Virus record (IMG/VR): IMGVR_UViG_3300014205_009245
Source: an uncultured virus (IMG/VR IMGVR_UViG_3300014205_009245)
Lineage: Duplodnaviria; Heunggongvirae; Uroviricota; Caudoviricetes
Length of the DNA stretch: 46,383 bases
Direction: 5' to 3' (one strand)
In this document: positions 35,649-45,269 of the stretch, piece after piece
How positions within the stretch are numbered: position 1 is the stretch's first letter
How the letters are laid out: each line of letters begins with the position of its first letter
Notes under the pieces: generated by a model
Seen by the model: only the letters and a program-made list of their open reading frames with translations
What the model was told of the DNA's origin: nothing
Database searches by the model: none
Translations under genes and position numbers: made by a program

Positions 35649-36495
35649 TGTTCCCTTCTTTTTGATTTACAAACATGTTTTTATATTCTATGAAACTATA
35701 TTTCTTTATCCCGTGATATTCAAGAGATTGCCTTGCGATGGACATAAAATCAACAATATCTGTAGTATCATAAGGTGCATTCCCAACGGTCGCGTCCATT
35801 GATGTTTGAATCATTTCTTTTGAAAACGACCGCAACGATGCTGATATTCTGTTTATTATATCTCGCTCCTGCCTTGATTTCAACAGATTATAGCAAATAA
35901 CAATTCCCTTGGATAATAGCACGGCACTTATTCCGCCTGCTTTATAAAGATCTAACACATTAACAGAACCAATAGGCGGCTGCACAACGCACGTTTCATT
36001 TCCAACTATATCCGTGATATATTCGTCTATAAAACTGTCTCGCAAAAGACTTTGCATATAAATATCCTTGTGTTGATATTTACGAGATTTAGATGCAATC
36101 CACCATTCAATATATTCTTTGAGAATCTTATTATTCATAGATTCTCCCACTTTTATTAGCAAACAGTCGTATAGTTTATTTACTAAATCCTGATCATGAA
36201 TGCCAGAAGTTTTTAGTTCCAAACCGTGTTGAGATAAAAGAGAATCAATATATACTAGAAAATCACGATTGCCCCATTTATCTATCACTTTATACTTAAA
36301 ATCTTTTCTGTTTCTCTTAGATGCAACAGCCTTATCTGCCATTCTCGTAATGGCGTCACCACTACCGCAATCATTGCTTATTGGGTCTATCTCGTTGATC
36401 TTGAGTTTCTTCCGTTTGTTCTTTCCACCATGCTTATCGCCCAATAAGCACCCCAAAATAATTCGAGTCTCATCCATACGTTTCTCCACAGGCAT
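35626..36495 (-). CDS. Hypothetical protein
   Basis: ATG 36495 behind AGGAG; about 289 aa. Confidence 0.72.
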   Translation of the reverse strand: MPVEKRMDETRIILGCLLGDKHGGKNKRKKLKINEIDPISNDCGSGDAITRMADKAVASKRNRKDFKYKVIDKWGNRDFLVYIDSLLSQHGLELKTSGIHDQDLVNKLYDCLLIKVGESMNNKILKEYIEWWIASKSRKYQHKDIYMQSLLRDSFIDEYITDIVGNETCVVQPPIGSVNVLDLYKAGGISAVLLSKGIVICYNLLKSRQERDIINRISASLRSFSKEMIQTSMDATVGNAPYDTTDIVDFMSIARQSLEYHGIKKYSFIEYKNMFVNQKEGNNEVLRSD

Positions 36496-36592
36496 TATAC
36501 TACTCCTAAGAGCAATAATCAACGCCAAGTTCGCGTACAACGTCCCTTGTGGTCATAACCTTCTTCGCCTGGCTGATCGCACAATCTCGTTT

Positions 36593-36700
36593 TTACACGT
36601 AAGGGATTATCTCAACCACTTTGGACCAGGACGTCGTTGTTGTTGGCAGATCTACTACTGCCCCGTAGCCTGGATTTAGAGCCCGTGTTCCTATGGTCAT
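36593..36700 (-). CDS. Putative 35-aa peptide (MTIGTRALNPGYGAVVDLPTTTTSWSKVVEIIPYV)
   Basis: AGGAG RBS 7 nt upstream of ATG; below the ORF-track size cutoff. Confidence 0.3.
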   Translation of the reverse strand: MTIGTRALNPGYGAVVDLPTTTTSWSKVVEIIPYV

Positions 36701-36816
36701 ATAGGTGCTCCTATATCTCCCTTGTTTTTTATGGGTTTTCTCCCACATAGTTACAGTACTACAAACTCCTCGACATTGGTTCGGGGAACGAGGACCAAGA
36801 CCCGGATTGTGATATA

Positions 36817-38247
36817 TTAATATGCTACTATCAAATACTCTATACTGCGTTTTTCTCTACCTTGTTTCTTACGATAGTTGTATCTATATGAATCATTTAG
36901 TGTTTCTACTTTTACATTTGTTTTAAACTGCCGTATCATATCCCATATGTATTCGATACTTTTCCAAGATGAGTCATTATAACTAAACAACCATATAGGT
37001 ATGTATTTTGCACATGTCAGCATTTCGATGAAATTATCCTCATAGTTTGCTCTTTTGGAGAATCTACTGGCAGATTGTATATGCGGCAAGTTTTCCAATT
37101 GCTCACTATATATATACTCCTCCAGGAATCTGTATATAGTTGCATAATCGGAACTTTGCCCACCGTATGGAGGATCAAAGTATATGCAGTCGGCTTTGAT
37201 ATTCATTCTCAAGAGGTCTATGACATCCATGTTCGTAGATACGCAGGATCCATCCGTATTGATGTCTGAAAACGTCCACCATTTTAACCCTTGCCCCGGC
37301 GCTCCACCGGTGCCGCCCGATGCACATTTTCCTGATTTAGTGTGGAAATCCATCTCGGTAGACTTCCTGTCCCAATTGTTTTTCGACTGATTCTTAGGAT
37401 GAGATAACCTGACATCCAACTCCGCAAGGGATTGTCCGTTATTAAGTCTTCCTTGAACCATGCAATCTCGTAATATATGTTGTTGAAGATTTACGAGAAA
37501 AGACGCTCTTTTGATTTTTTCTGGGGCACACTCTGAGTTAATCCCAGATGTAAAATCATCTAGATATTTAACGAACCACTTACTGAATAGTAAATTTAAC
37601 TTATCATCATAGTAGATGCCAATTCTTCTGTCGTGGTTTTTTGATAACTTACCGTAATGCTCTTCTTGTTTTACTCTGTGCTTTAGGACATCCACGCTTG
37701 CGTCTACATTTCCAAAGGGCAGCCGCATTATTACCGCAGCATTTGCGCTCATCCCTATGCTTTGTCTATATAGCCCACATAGTTCATCTATATTGGCTCT
37801 AAAATTATCAAGATGTCTACACTCTTTCAGGGTAAATTTACTAAACCTACTCGTAGAAGATCCGCCCAGATAATTATCCTCTACGAAGGTTGATTTGTTG
37901 GGGTTGTTGTTATTTAATAGAAAGGATTTCTCATCATCTGATAATTTAATGCCCGGATTTTCGACAAATGCCACTGAGTTTAAGTAGGAACTGGTGAGAA
38001 TATCGTTAGATATTACTCTTTTTCCCATTAGTTTCATGAGCATGGAAAAACAAGAACTGCCAGAAAATGCATCTATAATTGTATTAAATTCCATGTCGAT
38101 GTTTGATATGACTTTATATATCTGAAATAATATTTTCTTTTTATTTCCAGTGTAAGGAAGAGGAAGTTTGGACACTCTTCTGATGTGGGTTTCTATGTTA
38201 GGGTTATATTTGCCCGCAATATTAGTAAATTCTTGCAGCCTTTTCAT
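36817..38247 (-). CDS. DNA adenine methyltransferase (D12/alpha class, large TRD region)
   Basis: PYTGNK, IDAFSGS, ISND, YFDPPY and FSYN motifs. Confidence 0.85.
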   Translation of the reverse strand: MKRLQEFTNIAGKYNPNIETHIRRVSKLPLPYTGNKKKILFQIYKVISNIDMEFNTIIDAFSGSSCFSMLMKLMGKRVISNDILTSSYLNSVAFVENPGIKLSDDEKSFLLNNNNPNKSTFVEDNYLGGSSTSRFSKFTLKECRHLDNFRANIDELCGLYRQSIGMSANAAVIMRLPFGNVDASVDVLKHRVKQEEHYGKLSKNHDRRIGIYYDDKLNLLFSKWFVKYLDDFTSGINSECAPEKIKRASFLVNLQQHILRDCMVQGRLNNGQSLAELDVRLSHPKNQSKNNWDRKSTEMDFHTKSGKCASGGTGGAPGQGLKWWTFSDINTDGSCVSTNMDVIDLLRMNIKADCIYFDPPYGGQSSDYATIYRFLEEYIYSEQLENLPHIQSASRFSKRANYEDNFIEMLTCAKYIPIWLFSYNDSSWKSIEYIWDMIRQFKTNVKVETLNDSYRYNYRKKQGREKRSIEYLIVAY

Positions 38248-41228
38248 AGGTGGATTGCCTTGTTGTCTATGTTCTCAACCACAAACTCGGGTTCTGTTGA
38301 ATACATTTTTTCCCTAGCTTTGGCGTGATCTTCCAGATATTTCTGATGAATACAAAAATCAATGGCTGTAGCAGTGGTTTTTTCTCGTCCATTGGTATCC
38401 TTAAATGGCCTTAATATTCTCCCGATTCTCTGCATAGCACGAACTCTGCTTTTTCCCTGTCCGGCCAGCAATAATGTATCAAGCGGCTTAACATCAATCC
38501 CCTCATCAAAGATCGAATTATGTGCTAAAACTCCACATCCTGCGATAAAATTATGACATTTATCAACCGAAATATCATACACAAATTCAGGCGTACTGTT
38601 TATAAACTCCACTGTTTTCTGATAACGATTTGAATCGTTATAGTTTAATTTATCTCGACCAGTTCTGTCTATTTTAACATCACAGGTAGACCTTACGATA
38701 CTTATGTTGTATACTCTTTTTCGTTTAGGATTATAACAATAACTGGTATTGACATAAAAAGGAAGTCGCAACATTCTTAGAACATATTGTATTCCGGTTA
38801 CTAAAGGGCGACTAGTGTTATGAATAATAAAAGCTGATGTTTTTCTAGATTTACTATTATAGTCTATTTTTAGACTTCCATCACTTAAGTACATCCCCCA
38901 TAAAAATTTCTCTTGTATCGAAGGTGCCGAGTTGTATACATAGTCTGGAACTCTTTTTTGCCCATATGTATCAATGTGCCCCAGTTTCCAAAATAAATAG
39001 TACATTAATTTACTCCTAAACAAAATTAATGTATCTGTTTCTCTTAATTTCGTGTCACCAAAAACACCGTGAAAACATCTTTTAAATATATCCCGAACCG
39101 CTAGTTTGTTGGGATCATTGTGCCCCTCCGGAGATGTTGACATATCTTTTAATCCTGCAAATTCAAAGGAATATATTGATTTGCAGGATTTTCCTCTAGT
39201 GTGATTTTTAATATGACCGTCACCACACATTAGTCCAGAAAGAGTTGCCAAATCATCTGTTATGGGAATCAGCACGGGTAATGAGAATTCTTTTCGGCTT
39301 CGTCTAATATAAATACGACATTTAAATTCATTAAAAAGCTCCTTACACCACCAAACATCGGATAACCTTGCTCTGTACTTATATTTATAATACTTGAAGT
39401 TGTTAATCAATTGATATATTGCAGTAAAATACTCCTGGTTTTTATTATGAATACGATTTTTTACCAACCATCGAGTTGATTTTGATATCTTATGATTTCC
39501 GCCATAAACATAAGTGTACTCACTTTTAATCTTTCTAATCATAGGCTGTGTAATACCTAGAACCTCTACCTCTATTGATGGATCGTTTATATCTTTAAGC
39601 AATTCGGCAACGTTAATTATATTAACAGGATAATCAAGAGGTGGCACATTGATTGGTACGCATGCGCCCCCTGATATTTGGGGGAGGACGGGAGATAAAT
39701 CTGATTTAATTAGCGAGTGATTCTCGGTTACGTATATGTCCTCTCCTCGATTCGTTTCGACTCGAACAATGTTGTTTGATCTTCGATGTATATGAATGTC
39801 TGTTACTTTACTCCAAGATGCATTTTTACCATCAAAAGAACAGCAAACATCTATTTCATTATTTTTCACTTGGGGAGCGAAATTGTGACATAAGTCACCA
39901 ATCTCTATTTGTTTTATAACTCCATTTTGTTTAATTAACAATAATTCATTATAGGGTAAGCTGCTCGATATAATACAACTTATTTCTTTATTTCGTAGTT
40001 TATTAAGCGTGTTTATTCTTTTTTGTTTGGGACTTTTCCCTGATAAAAACATTGATCCAGGTATCATACTTTCCAATAATTTCCCGTGATTGATTTGTTG
40101 GACTAAAATTAAAACTAACCTATCCTGCTCAATGTAGGCATTAGCTATATTTGATATTACGTTGTTGTAGTAGTCATTATTTGTTACGCATTCTTTGTAA
40201 ATTGAATGCCACTGTCTGAACTTGGTCTTAGGTTGTCGAATATGAACCATTTTTATAGATGGTTTTATCAGCCAATTCTTTTGTATCAGTTCACTGGCTG
40301 TAATTTCGGCAATTTTTTTACCAAAGCAAGACTGAATCATCAAGTCATCGCTTTCATCTCGATAAGGTGTGGCGCTTGTGCCGTAAATATAATAGCACTC
40401 AACCAATTCCTTTGCTATAATTTGACATGTGTCACACCTCCAATGCTGGGTTTCGTCACAAACCCCACCCTTTGCGTGTCGAATAAGTGATTTTATTTCT
40501 TCTGATCTAGATTCTATGGGAGTTGGGTCGTCTGTGTCATCATCATCGAATTTAGTTTTATTGTCCCACTTTTTGCCCAGCGCCCGCACAGCGGTTTGGA
40601 CCGTAATAACATTAATATCTCTAATTTCGACACTTCCACCACCGATCTGACCGACCTCAAATGGTTTTCCGTCTATTCGGAGGAATTTTTCAAGCTCCGA
40701 CTTGGCTTGTGTTAATAAGTCGATAGATGTGACAAAAAATAAAAACGGGGAGACCTTCAAACTAGCAATAACTATCGCCGATATTGCGGTTTTGCCACTT
40801 CCAGTTGCCGCCTGAATTATTCCTCTTTCCTTTATAACAGAATCTAACCCAACTTTGTTTTGGTAATCTCTGGGTATCAAATATTCTGAAAGAGATAAAT
40901 TTAAATTGGGACAAGGTTTTACTCTAGTATCGACCACTTTATATGGTATTAATTCTTCTTTAAAAAAAGAAGATGCTATAGAATAAAGTCCAGTTGGAAA
41001 ATAGGTTCGCTTAGTGTTTTTGTGTATTAATCTTTTCCATCCATCCCACATTCTAAATCTTCGACCATCCTTTGTGTGGATGATTTTATTATACGATGGA
41101 GTGAAAATATAGTTCTGGGGGCGAAATGACATTCTTTTCTCTATCTCTTTCCAATGGATAGGAGATAGATCACCCAGAATATCTGAAACAACATTTCCTA
41201 TTCTAATTTCTATTGGATTTTTTGTCAT
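38244..41228 (-). CDS. SF2 (UvsW/XPB-like) helicase with intein
   Basis: PRDYQ, ATGSGKT, DETQH, SATPYR, IISS|intein|SIFDEGID and QRIGRILR motifs. Confidence 0.92.
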   Translation of the reverse strand: MTKNPIEIRIGNVVSDILGDLSPIHWKEIEKRMSFRPQNYIFTPSYNKIIHTKDGRRFRMWDGWKRLIHKNTKRTYFPTGLYSIASSFFKEELIPYKVVDTRVKPCPNLNLSLSEYLIPRDYQNKVGLDSVIKERGIIQAATGSGKTAISAIVIASLKVSPFLFFVTSIDLLTQAKSELEKFLRIDGKPFEVGQIGGGSVEIRDINVITVQTAVRALGKKWDNKTKFDDDDTDDPTPIESRSEEIKSLIRHAKGGVCDETQHWRCDTCQIIAKELVECYYIYGTSATPYRDESDDLMIQSCFGKKIAEITASELIQKNWLIKPSIKMVHIRQPKTKFRQWHSIYKECVTNNDYYNNVISNIANAYIEQDRLVLILVQQINHGKLLESMIPGSMFLSGKSPKQKRINTLNKLRNKEISCIISSSLPYNELLLIKQNGVIKQIEIGDLCHNFAPQVKNNEIDVCCSFDGKNASWSKVTDIHIHRRSNNIVRVETNRGEDIYVTENHSLIKSDLSPVLPQISGGACVPINVPPLDYPVNIINVAELLKDINDPSIEVEVLGITQPMIRKIKSEYTYVYGGNHKISKSTRWLVKNRIHNKNQEYFTAIYQLINNFKYYKYKYRARLSDVWWCKELFNEFKCRIYIRRSRKEFSLPVLIPITDDLATLSGLMCGDGHIKNHTRGKSCKSIYSFEFAGLKDMSTSPEGHNDPNKLAVRDIFKRCFHGVFGDTKLRETDTLILFRSKLMYYLFWKLGHIDTYGQKRVPDYVYNSAPSIQEKFLWGMYLSDGSLKIDYNSKSRKTSAFIIHNTSRPLVTGIQYVLRMLRLPFYVNTSYCYNPKRKRVYNISIVRSTCDVKIDRTGRDKLNYNDSNRYQKTVEFINSTPEFVYDISVDKCHNFIAGCGVLAHNSIFDEGIDVKPLDTLLLAGQGKSRVRAMQRIGRILRPFKDTNGREKTTATAIDFCIHQKYLEDHAKAREKMYSTEPEFVVENIDNKAIHL
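38517..39962 (-). mobile_element. Intein with in-frame LAGLIDADG endonuclease (482 aa)
   Basis: SLPYNE start, VTENHSL block B, LSGLMCGDG and FLWGMYLSDGS, VYDISV...HNF...LAHN/S end. Confidence 0.92.
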
Positions 41229-41367
41229 TGTCCCTGTTCAAGCATTCATCGCAGATGGTTTCAGTTTCAGCATCACTAGCCATTGGTTTACCGCACTTGC
41301 AACATTTTTTTAATTTCCGGCTCACCTTGACGTTTGTCTGTTTTGGGTTTGATCTTTTTATTAACAT
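41203..41367 (-). CDS. Small zinc-finger protein
   Basis: CCKCGK...ICDEC; ATG 41367. Confidence 0.5.
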   Translation of the reverse strand: MLIKRSNPKQTNVKVSRKLKKCCKCGKPMASDAETETICDECLNRDNDKKSNRN

Positions 41368-41518
41368 ATCTATTCTTTCTTTTTTCAGGAACAGTAAACA
41401 TACCACCAACACCACTGCTCTCTCCGGTGTAGCTTATGTTAGCACCCCCATCCTGTAGACCTGTTTCAGTCCTAGGGCTTATCTTCGATATTCGGCTCAG
41501 CCACGATGTTGGTTGCAC
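41288..41518 (-). CDS. Hypothetical protein
   Basis: GTG start; fills the gap but overlaps both neighbours. Confidence 0.35.
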   Translation of the reverse strand: MQPTSWLSRISKISPRTETGLQDGGANISYTGESSGVGGMFTVPEKRKNRYVNKKIKPKTDKRQGEPEIKKMLQVR

Positions 41519-41684
41519 TCTCTATTTCCTCTTTGACTGTGATATAAAGGTTTCTACATTTTGTAAATGAACCTTGTAAACGATTTGAGCACAAAACCTC
41601 TTTCCCATCATCGACAAGATTTTTTGCTCTTTGAATTTCTATTAAGAGTTCATACAGCGCATTGCACAATTTTACTGCTTCCAT
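41472..41684 (-). CDS. Hypothetical protein
   Basis: AGGAG RBS; 70 aa. Confidence 0.6.
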   Translation of the reverse strand: MEAVKLCNALYELLIEIQRAKNLVDDGKEVLCSNRLQGSFTKCRNLYITVKEEIESATNIVAEPNIEDKP

Positions 41685-42799
41685 ACTCTATTCTCCTTCA
41701 ACATCATCTCAATTAGATGTCCAGGTTCGACTGCATTATGATTATACGTGTCCCTGGCACATTGAAGCATTTCCTCAAAATTCGCCTGGTTCTTTCCTTT
41801 TTGGTCAGACCTCTCTTTAATTATGGCCCTTAATTTATCTTCATGTGGTTTTATATTCTCAGATGCCGGCCACATAGATCCTCTCATCGGCTCCAGTTGT
41901 TTTTCAATTAGTCCCATTAACATCGACCACTGCGACCATTGCTTGTTTATCTGAATAGACTGACCTGTTTGGTCCGCGACCTTAACATATTTTCTAAGGT
42001 AATCATCAGATGAAAAAATATTAAATTTTACATCTGATATGCTCGATAAATCTTCTGACTGGATATCTATATTACTCTCTAAATACTCCATAAAATCCAC
42101 TATAAAACCAGGATCTCCATTAAGCATTTTTAGAATAGATATTAGATGAGACATTATGCTGTCATTCAATAGAATACTTCTGATCATCCCGTTGGATTTT
42201 TCTGACCCAAATGAGCAATCCATAATTTTTTTGAACAAATGAGATTGAACTGCAGCGTGATTGTCAATTTTATCATTAACTAAAATAACTGGGAATAAGT
42301 CTCTCCTTAACCTATAATTGTCGTATTCGCTACTCAGTTGGCTAGACGAATCAATTATACGAGCAGCATCGGTAAAATTACAAGGAGAAAACAATATTTG
42401 ACAAACATTTATTTTACCAACTATTGGCTCAACAATTTCTCTGATTATAATTGACGGAATGGGTAGTTTGTCCATGCTGACTACCACCGGAGGACGATCT
42501 GCCTTTAATTTGCCGTCGTTATAGATATACTCATGACACATTTGCAACAATCCCAATCCGAGCATATCCCTGGTTGTTCCATTTATTGCCCGAGGGGAGA
42601 GAATATTATAAAGAAGAGTAAACAAAAACATTGTAATCGAAGATGGGCTACAATAAGAAATAGAACCATCTCTAACTACAACAGAGTCTGTCTCTCCGCT
42701 TTGTATATCAATTTTTTTATCTAACACATTACACAACTCTTCGCTGGGTAGCATCGGTGATAAAAAATACTTTGCAAACTGTATATCACTAAGTTTCAT
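41672..42799 (-). CDS. Hypothetical protein
   Basis: 375-aa ORF, GAGG RBS. Confidence 0.75.
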   Translation of the reverse strand: MKLSDIQFAKYFLSPMLPSEELCNVLDKKIDIQSGETDSVVVRDGSISYCSPSSITMFLFTLLYNILSPRAINGTTRDMLGLGLLQMCHEYIYNDGKLKADRPPVVVSMDKLPIPSIIIREIVEPIVGKINVCQILFSPCNFTDAARIIDSSSQLSSEYDNYRLRRDLFPVILVNDKIDNHAAVQSHLFKKIMDCSFGSEKSNGMIRSILLNDSIMSHLISILKMLNGDPGFIVDFMEYLESNIDIQSEDLSSISDVKFNIFSSDDYLRKYVKVADQTGQSIQINKQWSQWSMLMGLIEKQLEPMRGSMWPASENIKPHEDKLRAIIKERSDQKGKNQANFEEMLQCARDTYNHNAVEPGHLIEMMLKENRVWKQ

Positions 42800-43220
42800 C
42801 TATATCCTCGTTGGGTATGTCCTGTGCTCCAATGAAATTCATAAACTCCTGGTAGTCGTCGTTATTGTATAAAAATTTAAGGAAATCGTCAACCTCATCG
42901 TCTCCAATCGGGCTCTTGTTCTTGCCCTTATCTATTTGCTTGGATTTTTCTGACTTTCTATACTGTTGAAGATTTTCAATCAAAAGATAACAAAGATCCT
43001 CTGGGCTACCCTGCTTTTCTTTTGAAAAACAGGTAATCACCCTTTTTTCACAATTTGAGCAGCAGTGCTCAACATAAAATGAATACATACCATCCTTAAC
43101 TTTTCTAACACCTACGGCGATAATCTCCGATTTATTAGCGAGGTGATGGCATTGAGAGCACAACTTGCTGTTGATTATATTTGTCATCCATTTTGGTAAA
43201 TACTTCCACAATGGTAACAT
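42789..43220 (-). CDS. Hypothetical zinc-ribbon protein
   Basis: CSQC...CSNC; GAGGAG RBS. Confidence 0.68.
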   Translation of the reverse strand: MLPLWKYLPKWMTNIINSKLCSQCHHLANKSEIIAVGVRKVKDGMYSFYVEHCCSNCEKRVITCFSKEKQGSPEDLCYLLIENLQQYRKSEKSKQIDKGKNKSPIGDDEVDDFLKFLYNNDDYQEFMNFIGAQDIPNEDIDET

Positions 43221-44474
43221 TTATTGCTCCTCTTTATTTAAATGAATATTATATGTCCATGTAATACCCATCTTTTCATGAATACCAAACAGCTTCTGTT
43301 CTGCTTTATCTTTTCGTTTTAGGTCATTGAGCGAATAAATGTCTCCGCCGATGAAACTCCCATTCATAATAATTCTGCCGCTATTGGTTTGTATTTCAGC
43401 AGGCGAATGGAAATGTCCCAAGATTAAATAGTCTGGCTTGCTCGGCATGAGGCCTAATATACTTCTTTCTGCTCTTTCGACACCGTAATATGGTATTCCC
43501 ATTGATCCTTTAATCCCGTCGCCATGTGTCAAATAAAAGTTATGGTTTTGTATCTTTTCCATTAACCACCACGACTGAGGAATTTTCCAGTCAATGTTGT
43601 CATACTCTGATAGAGATATTCTTACAAATTCGTAACATATACGATCCCAGTTGGTCGAATTTTTCACCAACCCCCTTTTACCGATACGGCCATGATTGCC
43701 AAATATACCATAGAACGTAACCCTGTCAAACGCACGGGACCATTTGGCTAATGTATCCCTTAGAGATGATACACCAGCAAACATTTGATCATAGATATCT
43801 AAGTCAATATAATTACTTGACCACGCGCCCGCATCAGGCATTCCAGCGACAATATCTCCCAAACAAAACACATGTAAATGCGGAATGTCACACACATGCC
43901 TGTGCCTTTCGGCAATCTCAAGCACCGCGTCTTCAAGTATACCAAGTCGCTTGCGAAAAATATCTAAATTATATTCAGATAGTCCTCCCGTATCTTCCTT
44001 GGTATAAGACGCTCCAATATGAATATCGCTCAACGCAATACCCATGTGCTCTTCTCTGTATTTGGGGTTAAGTCGTTCCCTGTATTCAAGGCTTACAGGT
44101 CTAGGTCTGGGTAATCTCCATATTGAGCTTTTAATAGCGTCTATAATTAAATCGGTTCTTATGTGTTCCCTTTTTACTAACTTCTCTTGATTGGCTAATG
44201 TATTCTCTATTATTTTTTGTTTTTCTTCGTCTCTATCCTGAATTGCCTGAAGTTGGGATTCCTTCTCTCCGAATTTTTCTAGGAACTCCACCCAATCCGT
44301 ATTCTGCCATTTTTTATAGCATAGATTTGCGCTATACTCTCTTCGTGCTAAATTTTGAGACATTATATCAGAAATCTCTTGATATTTATGTCCCGCTGTC
44401 TTGAGATGATAAAGCATCATCATTTCATCAGACATCCACTTGGACCCTGTGCCGGAATCTTTTGGTTCAATCAT
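43221..44474 (-). CDS. Calcineurin-like metallophosphoesterase/nuclease with N-terminal HTH-like region
   Basis: SDIH, LGD, GNHGR, THGD and GHFH motifs. Confidence 0.82.
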   Translation of the reverse strand: MIEPKDSGTGSKWMSDEMMMLYHLKTAGHKYQEISDIMSQNLARREYSANLCYKKWQNTDWVEFLEKFGEKESQLQAIQDRDEEKQKIIENTLANQEKLVKREHIRTDLIIDAIKSSIWRLPRPRPVSLEYRERLNPKYREEHMGIALSDIHIGASYTKEDTGGLSEYNLDIFRKRLGILEDAVLEIAERHRHVCDIPHLHVFCLGDIVAGMPDAGAWSSNYIDLDIYDQMFAGVSSLRDTLAKWSRAFDRVTFYGIFGNHGRIGKRGLVKNSTNWDRICYEFVRISLSEYDNIDWKIPQSWWLMEKIQNHNFYLTHGDGIKGSMGIPYYGVERAERSILGLMPSKPDYLILGHFHSPAEIQTNSGRIIMNGSFIGGDIYSLNDLKRKDKAEQKLFGIHEKMGITWTYNIHLNKEEQ

Positions 44475-45269
44475 TTAATTCTCCTGTTTACTTTTCGGCA
44501 ATTTCGTAAAACAATCCTGCCGGAATATGTCGCTATTCAGTTGTGTTTCTGAGAAGCCCTGTCTTCTAACAAAAGCAGACCAAACAATATCAGTAGCTTG
44601 CAGCATATTTGATGTTTCTCTCCTGGTTACACCATCGGGGTTTATTCGATATTTTATAAGCGGCTCTTGAATGTTGTGCAGTTTTTGTCCAGACAACAAC
44701 ATTCTGCACCATAAGTGAAAGTCTAATACAGTTCTCATACTAGGGTCCATCGAATATCCCCCTCTTACAAGAACCGAACTCCTGCGATAAACACACGATG
44801 GGTCAATAATAGGATTTAATTTAAACCTACTAATTACAACAAATGCCTTTGATGTAGACTCCGGAGGATAGCTCATATATCCAATGTGTTCTCCTGCGGC
44901 ATTTATTTTTAATGCATGTCCTCCAACAACATCAATATCGGGGTGCTCGTCTAAAAACAATACTTCCTTCTCAAGCCTATGTTGAAGGCTTACATCATCA
45001 GCATCATGTATTGCAATATATTCTGATTGAGATTCTAATAATGCTCTATTTCTGGCAACAGGAATACCCTCATTATGCTTGTTTTCTAGCATAATTACAT
45101 TGTCTTTTTTTGCATATTCAATCATTATTTCTCTGCTGCCATCTGTGGATCCATCGTTGACCAAGATAGTGTTAAAATCCTGAAAAGATTGTCCAAATAA
45201 AGAATCCAAGCTTTCGCAAAGATACGGCTTGGCATTGAACACAGTCACAATGACACTTAATTTATGCAC
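44475..45269 (-). CDS. Glycosyltransferase family 2
   Basis: SVIVTVFN, VNDGSTDGS, ARN and HDADD motifs. Confidence 0.92.
   Translation of the reverse strand: MHKLSVIVTVFNAKPYLCESLDSLFGQSFQDFNTILVNDGSTDGSREIMIEYAKKDNVIMLENKHNEGIPVARNRALLESQSEYIAIHDADDVSLQHRLEKEVLFLDEHPDIDVVGGHALKINAAGEHIGYMSYPPESTSKAFVVISRFKLNPIIDPSCVYRRSSVLVRGGYSMDPSMRTVLDFHLWCRMLLSGQKLHNIQEPLIKYRINPDGVTRRETSNMLQATDIVWSAFVRRQGFSETQLNSDIFRQDCFTKLPKSKQEN

Noticed and set aside
320..45094. Plus-strand ORFs in the track (60-152 aa)
   Set aside because: All lie antisense to well-supported minus-strand genes and show no motifs; treated as shadow ORFs.
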